A DNA stretch of 64,000 bases from Anaerolineae bacterium (GCA_027021705.1 JALUTT010000077.1:32001-96000), one strand, 5' to 3'. Shown: positions 49,148-59,448, numbered from the stretch's first letter. Numbers and translations are program-made. The notes: generated by a model from the letters alone, not told the origin.

Positions 49148-49711
49148 ATGGCGAAAGAGGTCTTCACCATCGTGGAGCGGTGCATGGCCTGCAAAGCGTG
49201 CGAAATCGCCTGCGCGGTGGAGCACTCGGCGGCCAAAACCCTGTTCGGTGCCCTGCTCGAAAGCCCCCGCAGTCGCCCTCGGGTGCGGGTGCAACGGGCG
49301 ATGGCTTTCAGCTACCCCGCCCGCTGTATGCACTGCGAAGATGCCCCCTGCATCCTCGCCTGTCCGACGGGAGCGATGCAGCGCCATCCGGTCACCGACA
49401 GCGTCTTCGTGGACGAGGACCGCTGCATCGGCTGCTGGATGTGCGTGATGGTCTGCCCCTTCGGAGCCGTCACCGCCGACCCCACCTACAAGAGGGCGCT
49501 CAAGTGCGACCGCTGCCCGGAGCGGGTGGAGGCCGGACGGGAGCCGGCCTGCGTGGAAGCCTGCCCTACCCACGCCCTGGTCTTCGCCTCGCCCGAGGAG
49601 ATGGCGGCCATGCGCCGGGAGCCGATCGCCCAGCAGGTGGCCGCAGCGGTCACCGCCACCGAAGGGCTGAGCACCGTCCGGCTCTGGCGCTCGCTGCGGA
49701 GCTCGGCGTAG
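49148..49711 (+). CDS. cooF: CooF-like 4Fe-4S ferredoxin
   Basis: Four Cys clusters (CMACKACEIAC, CMHC..C..CP, CIGCWMCVMVCP, KCDRC..ACVEACP). Confidence 0.88.
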   Translation: MAKEVFTIVERCMACKACEIACAVEHSAAKTLFGALLESPRSRPRVRVQRAMAFSYPARCMHCEDAPCILACPTGAMQRHPVTDSVFVDEDRCIGCWMCVMVCPFGAVTADPTYKRALKCDRCPERVEAGREPACVEACPTHALVFASPEEMAAMRREPIAQQVAAAVTATEGLSTVRLWRSLRSSA

Positions 49712-49822
49712 CGCCCAGCGGGAATCTTGGGCGCTCAGGCCCTTGGAACGAGGGAGAAATACCAATGCGCGAAGGGAAGACGACCGGCTCTCGGCCTGCA
49801 TTTTGTGGAAGGAGGTCTCCAG

Positions 49823-51721
49823 ATGGTCACGACCCTTGTCCCTGAATCGGAAGCCCTTTTGCTGGAGAAAGCTCGCGCCGAGGGGATCACGACTGGGCGC
49901 GAACGGTGGTTGGCGATGTCGCCCCAGTGTGGCTTTGGAGAACTGGGCACCTGCTGCCGGATGTGCTACATGGGGCCTTGTCGCATTGACCCCTTCGGAG
50001 ACGGCCCCCAGACCGGCATCTGCGGCGCATCGCCGGACACCATTGTGGCCCGCAACCTGCTGCGGGAGTGCGTGGGCGGTGCGGCCTCCCACGTGGGCCA
50101 CGCCCGCCACGTCCTGCTCACCCTGCGGGATGCCCTGGAGGGGAAAGCCCCCTACGAGATCCGCGACGAGGGCAAGCTCTTCGCCCTGGCCGCCCGATTT
50201 GGCCTCGAGACCGATGGCCGTCCGGCCAAGGAGGTGGCCCGCGAGTTGGTGGACCTGGCGTTGGAGGATTTTGGCCGCCAGAACGGGAAGCTGCACAACT
50301 GGATGCGGGCCCGAGCCCCGGCCAAGGAACTCGCCATGTGGGAGGAGCTGGGGCTGGCCTTCTCCAATCCCCACAACGAGATCGAGACCGCTATGCACCG
50401 CACCTCGATGGGGAACGACGCTGATCCGGCCAGCCTGCTGATGGCCACCCTGCGCATGGGGCTGGTGGACGGCTACGCCGGCCTTACGCTGGCCACCGAC
50501 CTGCAGGACGTGCTCTTCGGCACGCCCCAGGTGCGCAAGATCGAGGCCAACATGGGCGTGCTGGAGGAGAACAGCGTCAACCTGGCCGTCCACGGCCACA
50601 ACCCTGTCCTCTCCGAGAAGGTTCTGGAATGGGCCATCAAGCTGGAGGATGAGGCCAAGGCCGCCGGAGCCGAGCGCATCAATGTGGTCGGCGTCTGCTG
50701 CACGGGGAACGAGCTGACCATGCGCCACGGCGTGCCGATGGCGGCCCACAACCTCCAGTCGGAACTGATCCTGCTCACCGGGGCCGTGGATGCGATGGTG
50801 GTGGACGTGCAGTGCATCTGGCCCCAGGCGGCTAGCCTGGCCGGCTGCTACGACACCGCCTTCATCACCACCGACGAGATGGTGCGCATCCCCGGCGCGA
50901 CGCACATCGAGTTCGAGCCTCAGCACGCCGATGAGCGGGCTCAGGCCATCGTGCGGGCGGCCATCGAAGCCTTCAAGAAGCGCAAGGGGAAGCCCGTTCA
51001 TATCCCCGATGTCAAGTCGGTGGGGCTGGCGGGCCTCTCCGTGGAAACCATCGTGGAAATCCTGTCCAAGGTCAACCCCGACGATCCCTTGAAGCCGGTG
51101 ATTGACAACATCGTGTCGGGGAAGATCTTCGGCGCGGCGGGCTTCGCCGGATGCCCCAGCCTCAAGTTCCGTGACACGGCTATGACCGAGCGCATGGTCA
51201 AGGCGCTGCTTCGGGAGAACGTACTGGTCGTCACCACCGGCTGCACGGCCCACATCTGCGCCCAGGCCGGGTTCCTCACCTCGGCCGCCACGGAGGAGTA
51301 CTGCGGTGAGGGGCTGAAGGCGGTGCTCACCGCCGTGGGCGAGGCGGCCGGCCTCGGTGCCCCCCTGCCCCCCGTCTGGCACATGGGCTCGTGCGTGGAC
51401 AACAGCCGCATCGTGGACCTGCTGGCGGCGCTGGCGGCCAAGCTCGACGTCAAGATCAGCCAGTTGCCGGTCGCCGGCTCCGCCCCGGAGCTGGTTCAGG
51501 AGAAGGCCATCTCCATCGGCTCCTGGCTGCTGGCCCTCGGCTTGATGGTCCACGTCGCGCCGGCCCCGCGCATCCTGGGCAGCCCTGTGGTGACCCAGGT
51601 CCTGACCCACGACCTGGAGGAGATCACCGGAGGTCGGGCCTACGTGGAGTACAACCCGGAGAAGGCCGCGGCCGGCATCGTCGCCCACATCGCCAAGAAG
51701 CGAGAGGCCCTGGGGATCTGA
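49823..51721 (+). CDS. cooS: Anaerobic Ni-Fe carbon monoxide dehydrogenase
   Basis: CGFGELGTCCRMCYMGPC; C-cluster ligands HGHNP, CCTG, DVQC, AGC, TGC, GSCVDN; EKA. Confidence 0.96.
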   Translation: MVTTLVPESEALLLEKARAEGITTGRERWLAMSPQCGFGELGTCCRMCYMGPCRIDPFGDGPQTGICGASPDTIVARNLLRECVGGAASHVGHARHVLLTLRDALEGKAPYEIRDEGKLFALAARFGLETDGRPAKEVARELVDLALEDFGRQNGKLHNWMRARAPAKELAMWEELGLAFSNPHNEIETAMHRTSMGNDADPASLLMATLRMGLVDGYAGLTLATDLQDVLFGTPQVRKIEANMGVLEENSVNLAVHGHNPVLSEKVLEWAIKLEDEAKAAGAERINVVGVCCTGNELTMRHGVPMAAHNLQSELILLTGAVDAMVVDVQCIWPQAASLAGCYDTAFITTDEMVRIPGATHIEFEPQHADERAQAIVRAAIEAFKKRKGKPVHIPDVKSVGLAGLSVETIVEILSKVNPDDPLKPVIDNIVSGKIFGAAGFAGCPSLKFRDTAMTERMVKALLRENVLVVTTGCTAHICAQAGFLTSAATEEYCGEGLKAVLTAVGEAAGLGAPLPPVWHMGSCVDNSRIVDLLAALAAKLDVKISQLPVAGSAPELVQEKAISIGSWLLALGLMVHVAPAPRILGSPVVTQVLTHDLEEITGGRAYVEYNPEKAAAGIVAHIAKKREALGI

Positions 51722-51724
51722 GCC

Positions 51725-53008
51725 ATGGAGATCGTAATCGTTGGCAACGGCCCGGCGGCGGTGAGCGCCTTGGAGGTCATCCGGGAGTTCGACCGGGATT
51801 CGCGGATCACCCTGATCTCCCAGGAACCTGTGCCCTTCTACTCGCCCTGCCCGTTGGCCGAGTACATCGAGGGCACCGTATCCCGCGAGCACCTCTTCCT
51901 GCGGGATGAGGGGTTCTACGCGGCGTTGGAGATCACCACCCGCTTCGGCTGGGAGGTCGTCCGGGTGGACACGGCGGCTCAGGAGGTGGTGGCCGTCCCC
52001 ATCGCGGAGGCGGAAGCCCCGGAGGAGGTGCGCGTCCCCTACGACCGCCTCCTGATCGCCACCGGGGCGCGTGCCCTCCTGCCGCCCATCCCCGGCCTCG
52101 AACGGGGGAAGCGGGGCCTCTTCGTGCTGAAGACCCTGGCCGACGCGGAGGCCATCCTCGCCTACCTGGGGGAGGCACGACGGGCGGTGGTCGTCGGCGC
52201 CGGCTTCATCGGCCTGGAGGCGGCCCAGGCCCTGGCCCGGCGGGGCCTCGCCGTCACCGTGGTGGAGGCCCTGGACCGCGTGCTCCCCCAGATGCTGGAC
52301 GCCGAGATGGCCGGCTACGTCCAGGCCCACCTAGAGCGCCACGGAGTGTCGGTGGTGGTGGGTGCACCGGTGGAGGCGGTACTGGGGGATGGTCGGGTGC
52401 GGGGCGTGGTCGTCGGCGGCCGGGAGCTCCCCTGCGACCTGGTGATCTGCGCGGTGGGGGTGCGCCCCAACCTGGCGCCGGTCCGGGATACCGACATCGC
52501 CACCCACATCGGCATCCTCGTGGATGAGCATATGCAGACCAGCCATCCGGGGGTCTTCGCCGCCGGCGATGTCATCGAGGCGGCGGACATCTTCGGCGAG
52601 AGGCGGGTGTTGCCCACCTGGCCCAACGCCGTCGCCGGCGGTCGGGTGGCGGGGGCCAACATGGTCGGCCTGTCGCGCCGCTTCACCGGCCTGGTGAACG
52701 CCAACGTGCTGCGCCTCTTCGACCTGCCCATCGTCGCCCTCGGCCGCCGGGAGGGCGACCGCCTCCTCCGCTGGGAGCGGGGAGGCGTGGTCAAGAAGGC
52801 GACCCTGCAGGGCGACCGGCTGGTGGGCCTCCAGATGGTCGGCCAGGTGGATGGGGCTGGGCTCTTCCTGGAACTGATCAAGAAGGGCCGTCCCGTGACC
52901 CCCTTCGGCGAGGACCTGCTGGCCCCCGACTTCAACTACGGGCGGCTGATCCGGCCCATCTTCCGCAACGGGAAGGGGTACGTGGCCCTGCGGTCCCTAG
53001 AGGGGTAG
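51725..53008 (+). CDS. FAD/NAD(P)-dependent oxidoreductase (FNOR)
   Basis: GNGPAA, LIATG, GAGFIGLE, TSHPGVFAAGD. Confidence 0.9.
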   Translation: MEIVIVGNGPAAVSALEVIREFDRDSRITLISQEPVPFYSPCPLAEYIEGTVSREHLFLRDEGFYAALEITTRFGWEVVRVDTAAQEVVAVPIAEAEAPEEVRVPYDRLLIATGARALLPPIPGLERGKRGLFVLKTLADAEAILAYLGEARRAVVVGAGFIGLEAAQALARRGLAVTVVEALDRVLPQMLDAEMAGYVQAHLERHGVSVVVGAPVEAVLGDGRVRGVVVGGRELPCDLVICAVGVRPNLAPVRDTDIATHIGILVDEHMQTSHPGVFAAGDVIEAADIFGERRVLPTWPNAVAGGRVAGANMVGLSRRFTGLVNANVLRLFDLPIVALGRREGDRLLRWERGGVVKKATLQGDRLVGLQMVGQVDGAGLFLELIKKGRPVTPFGEDLLAPDFNYGRLIRPIFRNGKGYVALRSLEG

Positions 53009-55089
53009 GCTTCCCGCGCCCCCCCTGGGATCAGCAGGTCGGCGATCCACCGGCCGGAGATGACCACCGCCTCCACGCCGCCGCCCTGGGTGCTGGCCCC
53101 GACGAGGTAGAGGTTGCGGATCGGCGTCTGGTGGGGCAGATGTCCTCCCGGGTGCACCGAGCCGTAGATGGCACCGGCGGGGTGGCCCGTGTAGCGCGTG
53201 ACCGTCGCCGGCGTCGCCGCGTCGCGGGTGACGATGTGGTCGCGCAGACCGGGCAGCAGGCTCTCCGCCTGGCGCACGAGCCGGTCCGCCAGAGCCGCCT
53301 TCCGCGCCTTGTAGTCGGGAGCGGTGCGGTCCCACGTGGCGGCCTCCGGCTGGGGAACCAGGGTCATCAGGGTCATCACGTGGTGGCCGGGAGGGGCGAG
53401 GGAGGGGTCCACCTGGGAAGGGATGGCGAAGCCCATCCCCGTCCCATCGGGTGCCCGGTACATTGTGATGGGGGCGATGGGAGGGTTGTAGTCGAGGGCG
53501 AGAAAGACGGCGAAGATCGAAACCGTGGGCTGGAGCGCCTGAACCAGCGCAGCGTAGTCCTGGGGCAGGTGCTCCAGCCCTACCAGTTCCCGGAAGGTGA
53601 CGCCCGGATCGGCGTTCGAGAGCACGACGCGGGCGCGGAAAGTGCGCCCGTCGGCCAACCGGACCCCGTAGGCGGTCCCGTCCTTCACCAGGACCTGCTC
53701 CACCCGCCGGCGCAGGAGAAGTGTGCCCCCGTAGGTCTGAAACGCCTCGGCGATGGCCTGGGGTAACCGACCGGAGCCGCCCTTGGGGTAGAACCCACCG
53801 TCGAAGTAGTAGCCGAAGATGGGGGCCATCTGCATCACGGTCAGCGTCTCGGGCCTGTCCGTCTGGTATGCGGTCAACATGCGCAGCAGTCGCTTGAGGT
53901 CCTCGTCGGCGAAGTAGGCATCCAGCATTCCCAGGTAGGAGTGATCCATCCAACGGGAGAGGTGGGGGTAGGTCAACGGATAGCGCAGCATCACCTCGGG
54001 ATCGGTCGGGATGTTGGGTCGCCCGTCGTCGGTGTACATCTCGCGGTAAATGTGGCGCATCTCGGCGAAGAAAGCCCGGAGGGAATCCCCCTCGGCGGGG
54101 AAGCGGGCGGCCAGCTCCTCGACGAAGGCGTCGGCATCCTCCGGCACCCGTAGGCGCAGGTCGCCCAGGATGTACTCGTGGGGCATCCGCACGAACTCCA
54201 GCCGCGACTCGATCCCTAGCTCGCGCAGCAGGTGGCGCACAGGCCCCCGGGGCCCCAGCCCGCTGATGTCGTGGACCCCGATGTCGAAGGTGTACCGCCG
54301 GTGCAGGCGGCGGAAGTGGGCGCAGAAGCCGCCGACGTAGTGGGCCTGCTCGACGACGAGGGCTTTCAGGCCCCGCTTCGCCAGCAGCGCAGCAGCCGTC
54401 AGCCCCCCCATCCCCGCGCCGATGACGATCACGTCGAACTCGTCGGAGGCTGCCGGTGGCTCTTGGGGGAACCGAGGCGGCCGCCAGCCGAAGGGGCGGT
54501 CGCGCCGCTCGATCGCCCGGGCCAGGGCGTAGCGGGGGAACCAGCGGGGGAAGTACAAGGAGAGGAGGACGCCCGGGATGAGCAGGATGTGCGGGATCAC
54601 CGTCGCCAGGATGATCTTGTGGGCCGGCCAGACCAAGGCGGCGGCGTTGAGGACCATCCCGAGGGTGAAGATCACCGCCCAGATCAGCGTGATGATCTCG
54701 TTGGTGCGGCGGAAGAGGGGGTGATGCCAGTACTCGCGGGGCCAGTCGTCGCGGGCGTACTGGTAGGTGAAGGGGGTGCGGGCGGCGAGGGACCCCCACG
54801 CCATCAGGGCCAGGGCCAGGTAGACCAGCACACCGCCGTAGGTGAGGAAGAGCTTGCTGCCCAGCACCCCCGTGAACAGGATGTGCAGGGCGAAGAAGGC
54901 GAGGGTGACTCCGTCCATCAGCTTGGGGTTGCCGGTGCGCAGACGGTAGAGGTTCAGCCCCAGCGCACCGGTGAAGGCGGCGATCGCGCCGGGGAGAACC
55001 CGTCCCGCCCCGGCGAGAACCCAGTAGGCGATCCAGGGAACGAAGGCGATGAAAGCCCACACCGTTGAGGGAATCCGTCTCTTCGACAT
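52936..55089 (-). CDS. Phytoene desaturase (CrtI)-like FAD oxidoreductase with N-terminal membrane domain
   Basis: About six TM segments, then DVIVIGAGMGGLTAA, YPKGG, TPIRNLYLVGAST; AAGGAGG RBS. Confidence 0.8.
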   Translation of the reverse strand: MSKRRIPSTVWAFIAFVPWIAYWVLAGAGRVLPGAIAAFTGALGLNLYRLRTGNPKLMDGVTLAFFALHILFTGVLGSKLFLTYGGVLVYLALALMAWGSLAARTPFTYQYARDDWPREYWHHPLFRRTNEIITLIWAVIFTLGMVLNAAALVWPAHKIILATVIPHILLIPGVLLSLYFPRWFPRYALARAIERRDRPFGWRPPRFPQEPPAASDEFDVIVIGAGMGGLTAAALLAKRGLKALVVEQAHYVGGFCAHFRRLHRRYTFDIGVHDISGLGPRGPVRHLLRELGIESRLEFVRMPHEYILGDLRLRVPEDADAFVEELAARFPAEGDSLRAFFAEMRHIYREMYTDDGRPNIPTDPEVMLRYPLTYPHLSRWMDHSYLGMLDAYFADEDLKRLLRMLTAYQTDRPETLTVMQMAPIFGYYFDGGFYPKGGSGRLPQAIAEAFQTYGGTLLLRRRVEQVLVKDGTAYGVRLADGRTFRARVVLSNADPGVTFRELVGLEHLPQDYAALVQALQPTVSIFAVFLALDYNPPIAPITMYRAPDGTGMGFAIPSQVDPSLAPPGHHVMTLMTLVPQPEAATWDRTAPDYKARKAALADRLVRQAESLLPGLRDHIVTRDAATPATVTRYTGHPAGAIYGSVHPGGHLPHQTPIRNLYLVGASTQGGGVEAVVISGRWIADLLIPGGAREAYPSRDRRATYPFPLRKMGRISRP

Positions 55090-55476
55090 CTGATCCTCCT
55101 TGACGTGACCGAGTGACCACCTGTTAATGACCCCTGACGGCCGACCGCGGACCGCCGACCGTGGACTGCGTCCGACCGCCGACCGGGCGGCGTAGCGGCC
55201 TAGCGGCTGGCGGCCTGGCAGCGGACTGAGGACCGTGGACTGAGGACTGAGGACCGAGGACAGCATATCCGAAACAGGGTCACGTCCGCCAGTGCCGAAG
55301 GTCATCATCTGGGGTCACATTCTTTGCGGCGAACCAACAGAGCTGTAATCAAGCTGTAATGATGAAAAGGGGGAAACCCCTTATACTCGGTAGACCAGGA
55401 CGTATTGGCGTCGAGGGCGAGCGTGGAATGTATAGTGCATGTATAGTGTGTAGAGTACGAGGGAGGAAGGTTCAGG

Positions 55477-56799
55477 ATGGCATCAACCAGGGTTGTCGAG
55501 ACGGTCCACGATAACGGTCGTTCTAAAGAGGTCGTCCTGCCCGCCAATCTGGCGCGCGTCCGCAACTGGCTGGTGGAGCAGATCATCGCTCGGCTGGACC
55601 CGGCGATCACCTGGCAGCGGACGCCCGAGACCACCCAGCAGGTCTTTCAGCACTTTCAGCGGCTTTACCAGCAGGCCGGCCTGACCCTCTCTGAGGAGAT
55701 GCGGAAGCGACTCTTCGAGGCCGTGGTGGACGAAGTACTGGGGTATGGCCCCATTGAGCCCTTCCTCCAGGACCCCACGGTCTCCGAGGTGATGGTCAAC
55801 GGCCCCCACCTGGTCTACGTCGAGCGGGATGGGAAGTTGGAGGAGACAGGGGTCCAGTTTGACGACGATGAGCACGTCATTCGGATCGCCCAGAGGATCG
55901 TGAAGCCGCTGGGCCGTCCCCTGGACCGGGCCCATCCTCGGGTGGATGCCCGCCTCCCCGACGGCTCCCGGGTCAACATCATCATCCCGCCGGCCGCGCT
56001 GCCCGGCCCCGTCATCACCATCCGCAAGTTCCCCGCCAACCCGCTGACCGTGGACGACCTGCTCCGCTTCGGCACCCTCACCCCCCAACTGGTGGAGTTC
56101 CTGCGGGCCTGCGTGGTCGCCCGGCTGAACATCGTCGTCTCCGGCGGCACCGGGTCGGGCAAGACCACCCTGCTCAACGTGCTCTCCTCGTTCATCCCCG
56201 ACGACGAACGGATCGTGACCATCGAGGACGCGGCCGAGCTCCAGCTTCACCAGCGCCACGTCGTGGGGCTGGAGACGGTTCCTCCGCTCCCCGACGGGTC
56301 CGGCCAGGTGACGATCCGCGACCTGGTGATCAACAGCCTGCGGATGCGACCGGACCGGATCATCGTGGGCGAGTGCCGGGGTGGGGAGGCGCTGGATATG
56401 CTCCAGGCGATGAACACGGGGCACGACGGCAGCCTGACCACCGTCCACGCCAACACCCCCCGCGACGCCATCGCCCGTCTGGAGACGTTGAGCCTGATGG
56501 CCGGCTTCGACCTGCCCGTGGTGGTGATCCGCCGGCAGATCGCCTCGGCGGTGGACCTGATCGTCCAGCAGGCCCGGCTGCGGGATGGGTCGCGCAAGGT
56601 GATCCAGGTGACCGAGGTCCAGGGGATGGAGGGCAATACCGTGGTGCTCCAGGACATCTTCATCTACCGTCAGCCTCCCTTCGGGGGGGAGGGGAAGCTG
56701 GAGCCTACCGGCATCCGGCCCAACTTCATGCCCCGTTTGGAGGAGGCCGGCTTCAAGCTCTCGGCGGAGATCTTCGGCGGCCTCTCCTTCCGGCGGTGA
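55477..56799 (+). CDS. cpaF: CpaF/TadA pilus assembly ATPase
   Basis: DARLPDGSRV, SGGTGSGKTT, LRMRPDRIIVGECRG, MNTGHDG. Confidence 0.93.
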   Translation: MASTRVVETVHDNGRSKEVVLPANLARVRNWLVEQIIARLDPAITWQRTPETTQQVFQHFQRLYQQAGLTLSEEMRKRLFEAVVDEVLGYGPIEPFLQDPTVSEVMVNGPHLVYVERDGKLEETGVQFDDDEHVIRIAQRIVKPLGRPLDRAHPRVDARLPDGSRVNIIIPPAALPGPVITIRKFPANPLTVDDLLRFGTLTPQLVEFLRACVVARLNIVVSGGTGSGKTTLLNVLSSFIPDDERIVTIEDAAELQLHQRHVVGLETVPPLPDGSGQVTIRDLVINSLRMRPDRIIVGECRGGEALDMLQAMNTGHDGSLTTVHANTPRDAIARLETLSLMAGFDLPVVVIRRQIASAVDLIVQQARLRDGSRKVIQVTEVQGMEGNTVVLQDIFIYRQPPFGGEGKLEPTGIRPNFMPRLEEAGFKLSAEIFGGLSFRR

Positions 56800-56834
56800 A
56801 GTCCCTGTTGCCCCAATCCAGGCCCCAACGCGAA

Positions 56835-56860
56835 GCGGCCAGCCCCCAGGGGCTGGCCGC
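56835..56860. terminator. Hairpin between convergent cpaF and aor
   Basis: gcggccagccc/gggctggccgc stem. Confidence 0.55.
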
Positions 56861-56887
56861 CGTCGTTCTCACTGAGAGGGGTGGGGA

Positions 56888-58708
56888 TCACAGGATGCCC
56901 AGTTCCTTCAACTTGCTTTCGGGCACGACGCCGTTCTCCCATCCCCGGGCCTGGTAGTACTCCTCCAGCATCTGGTCCAGTTCGCAGACGTGGCCCTCGG
57001 AGCCGGGCATCGTGCTGGGCTCCTTCAGGAAGCGCTCCGGCAGGTAGTCCGATCCGGCACCGTGGCCGGCCAGGTTGTTGTAGTAGCGCTCCAGGTTGTA
57101 GATGCGCTCGCCGATCTTCAGCACGTCGTCGTCGGTGATCTCCCAGCCGGTGTAGGCGGAGAACTGGGCGGCGTACTCCTCGGCCCCCTCGGCGAAGGAG
57201 CTGAACTTGCAGACGTCCAGCGAGTCCATAAAGGCGAAGAGGTCCTGGAGCAGCTTGGTCAGCTCGCCCTTCCCCTCCCACGCCAGCGGGTCCGACTTGA
57301 GCGGGATGAGGGCCAGCTCGCTGGCCGGCGTGTAGGCCCGCAGGTGGCAGGCCCCTCGGTTGCTGGTGGCGTAGGCGATGCCCATCCCCTTCAGGCCGCG
57401 CGGATCGTAGGCGGGGATGGCCATCCCCTTGACGGTCATCGCAATCTCGGGGTGACCGAAGGTCTTGGCCGCCCGCTCGGTGCCCTCGGCCAGCACGTCG
57501 CCCACACCCTCGCGGCGGGCGATCTTGGCGATGATCTCCCGCATCCCCTTGGCGTCGCCCCACTGGAGGCCGGGGCCGTGGCCGTTCAGGAAGCCCTTCT
57601 CGGTGGCCTCCATGTACATCGAGAGCACGTTGCCCATCTCGATGGTGTCGAGGCCGAAGTCGTTGCAGTCGTAGATCAGTTGGGCGAGGGCTTTGGAGTC
57701 ATCCAGGTCGCAGTTGGCCCCCAACGCCCACATAGACTCGTACTCGGTGCTCTCCATGCGCAGCCCCGCGTACTCACCGTCCTTGATCTCCACCTCCTTC
57801 TTGCATGCCACCGGGCAGGCGTGGCAGGTGGGGTCGGAGACCAAGATGTGCTCCTTGACCCACTCACCGCTGATCAACTCGGCCCGCTCGCCGAAGCTGG
57901 TCAACTGGGAGTTCTTGGTCGGCAGCGCCCCCATGTTGCTGACGATGTTCATCAGCACGTTGGTGCCGTAGACGGAGAGGCCGCCCTTGCGCGGTGCAGT
58001 GACGTTGGCCTCGTCGGTGATGGTCTCCAGGGCCCGCTTGTCGGCCGCCTTGAAGGCCTCGGCGTCGGCGGGGGCGGGCCACTTCTCCTTCTCGCCCTTG
58101 ATGACGATGGCCTTCAGGCGCTTCCAGCCGGCCACCGCGCCGGTACCACCTCGGCCTGCCGCCCGGTCGTCGGCGTTCACCCAGTTGGCGAAGCGGGCCA
58201 GGTTCTCCCCGGCCGGCCCGATGGCCATCACGCCGCAATCCTCGCCGTGCTTCTCCCGCAGGATGCGGACGGTCTCGTGCACGCCCTTCCCCCACACCTC
58301 GGAGGCGTCGTGCAGGGTGACGGTGCCGTTCTCGACATAGGCGTAGACGGGCGTCTCGCTGCGCCCCCGGAAGACCAGGCCGTCGAAGCCGGCCCACTTC
58401 AGCTTGGCCGCCGTCCAGCCGCCCATGTGGGAGTCCACCACCGTGTAGGTGAGCGGGCTCTTGGTGACGACGGCAAGCCGGCCGCTCATCTTCACCCGCG
58501 TGCCGGACAGGGGACCGTTCATAATGCAGAGGATATTTTCCTCGGAGAAAGGCTCGACCTCGGGACCGTTGTCGAAGACGTACTTGACGCCCAGCCCTCG
58601 GCCGCCGATGTACTTGCGGGCGTCTTCTTCGTCAATCGGCTTGTACTCCACCTCACCGGTCGTGAGGTTGATCCAGGCCACGCGGTTGGCGTATCCGCCC
58701 AGAGCCAT
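56888..58708 (-). CDS. aor: Aldehyde:ferredoxin oxidoreductase (tungsten AOR family)
   Basis: YIGGRGLG, KSPLT, AAGRGG, CHACPVAC, DDxGLDT-like NDFGLDT, RGACHL. Confidence 0.93.
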   Translation of the reverse strand: MALGGYANRVAWINLTTGEVEYKPIDEEDARKYIGGRGLGVKYVFDNGPEVEPFSEENILCIMNGPLSGTRVKMSGRLAVVTKSPLTYTVVDSHMGGWTAAKLKWAGFDGLVFRGRSETPVYAYVENGTVTLHDASEVWGKGVHETVRILREKHGEDCGVMAIGPAGENLARFANWVNADDRAAGRGGTGAVAGWKRLKAIVIKGEKEKWPAPADAEAFKAADKRALETITDEANVTAPRKGGLSVYGTNVLMNIVSNMGALPTKNSQLTSFGERAELISGEWVKEHILVSDPTCHACPVACKKEVEIKDGEYAGLRMESTEYESMWALGANCDLDDSKALAQLIYDCNDFGLDTIEMGNVLSMYMEATEKGFLNGHGPGLQWGDAKGMREIIAKIARREGVGDVLAEGTERAAKTFGHPEIAMTVKGMAIPAYDPRGLKGMGIAYATSNRGACHLRAYTPASELALIPLKSDPLAWEGKGELTKLLQDLFAFMDSLDVCKFSSFAEGAEEYAAQFSAYTGWEITDDDVLKIGERIYNLERYYNNLAGHGAGSDYLPERFLKEPSTMPGSEGHVCELDQMLEEYYQARGWENGVVPESKLKELGIL

Positions 58709-58923
58709 GACTTCCTCCTTTCTTCGCGAGTGTCCAGTCCCTTGAGCCTCTAGATCCGCTTACCGCCTGCCCGATAACCCTTCTGGGTCAGGCGGGATCA
58801 GATCAGCACCGTCTGGCGACGCACCACAAAGCGCCCAGCGAGGTGGGGTGGACCGCTGGCGGCCTTTGTGGCCCCTCAGACAGGCACCCAGACCAATGAT
58901 CCTATGACCGTGACCACCTCCTT

Positions 58924-59193
58924 TCCCTCGGGTATCTATTCAGCCTACCCTCCCGCAGGTCACCCGTCGAGGGCGCTTTCATCCCCGATGGTCTTTAAAG
59001 CACGGTTTCGCGTCGGAAACGCGCCTAACCTGCGGGAGGGTGAGCGGTTACTCTCTCGTCCCTCGGGTATCTATTCAGCCTACCCTCCCGCAGGTCACCC
59101 GTCGAGGGCGCTTTCATCCCCGATGGTCTTTAAAGCACGGTTTCGCGTCGGAAACGCGCCTGACCTGCGGGAGGGTGAACGGTTACTCCCTCG
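58924..59193 (+). repeat. Two tandem copies of repeat family A (135-bp period)
   Basis: 58924-59058 and 59059-59193 are almost identical. Confidence 0.92.
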
Positions 59194-59337
59194 GATGGTT
59201 TGGGAGAAGAAAAAGCGTTGTGCGAATTGAGCACAACGCTTTCTTTCCAACCGGCCCTCTCACGCTCCCCGCGCCCCCAGTGGCCGGTCTGCTTGTGACG
59301 CACCATCCACACCCCCCCGGGAGTTCTGTGGACTTCG

Positions 59338-59448
59338 TTCAGCCTACCCTCCCGCAGGTCACCGGTCGAAGGCGCTTTCAGCCCCGATGGGCTATTTAAC
59401 CCACGGTTTCGCGTCGGAAAGGCGCCTGACCTGCGGGGGGGTGAACAG
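59338..59448 (+). repeat. Repeat family A copy
   Basis: ttcagcctaccctcccgcaggtcaccgg...ctgacctgcgggggggtgaacag. Confidence 0.88.

Noticed and set aside
49031..52330. 1099-aa minus-strand ORF and similar long antisense ORFs (e.g. 30585-32699, 56990-58753)
   Set aside because: Shadow frames of well-supported genes in high-GC DNA, with no motifs of their own
58868..59399. Small ORFs with repeated peptides (e.g. FKARFRVGNAP)
   Set aside because: Translations of repeat family A, not independent genes
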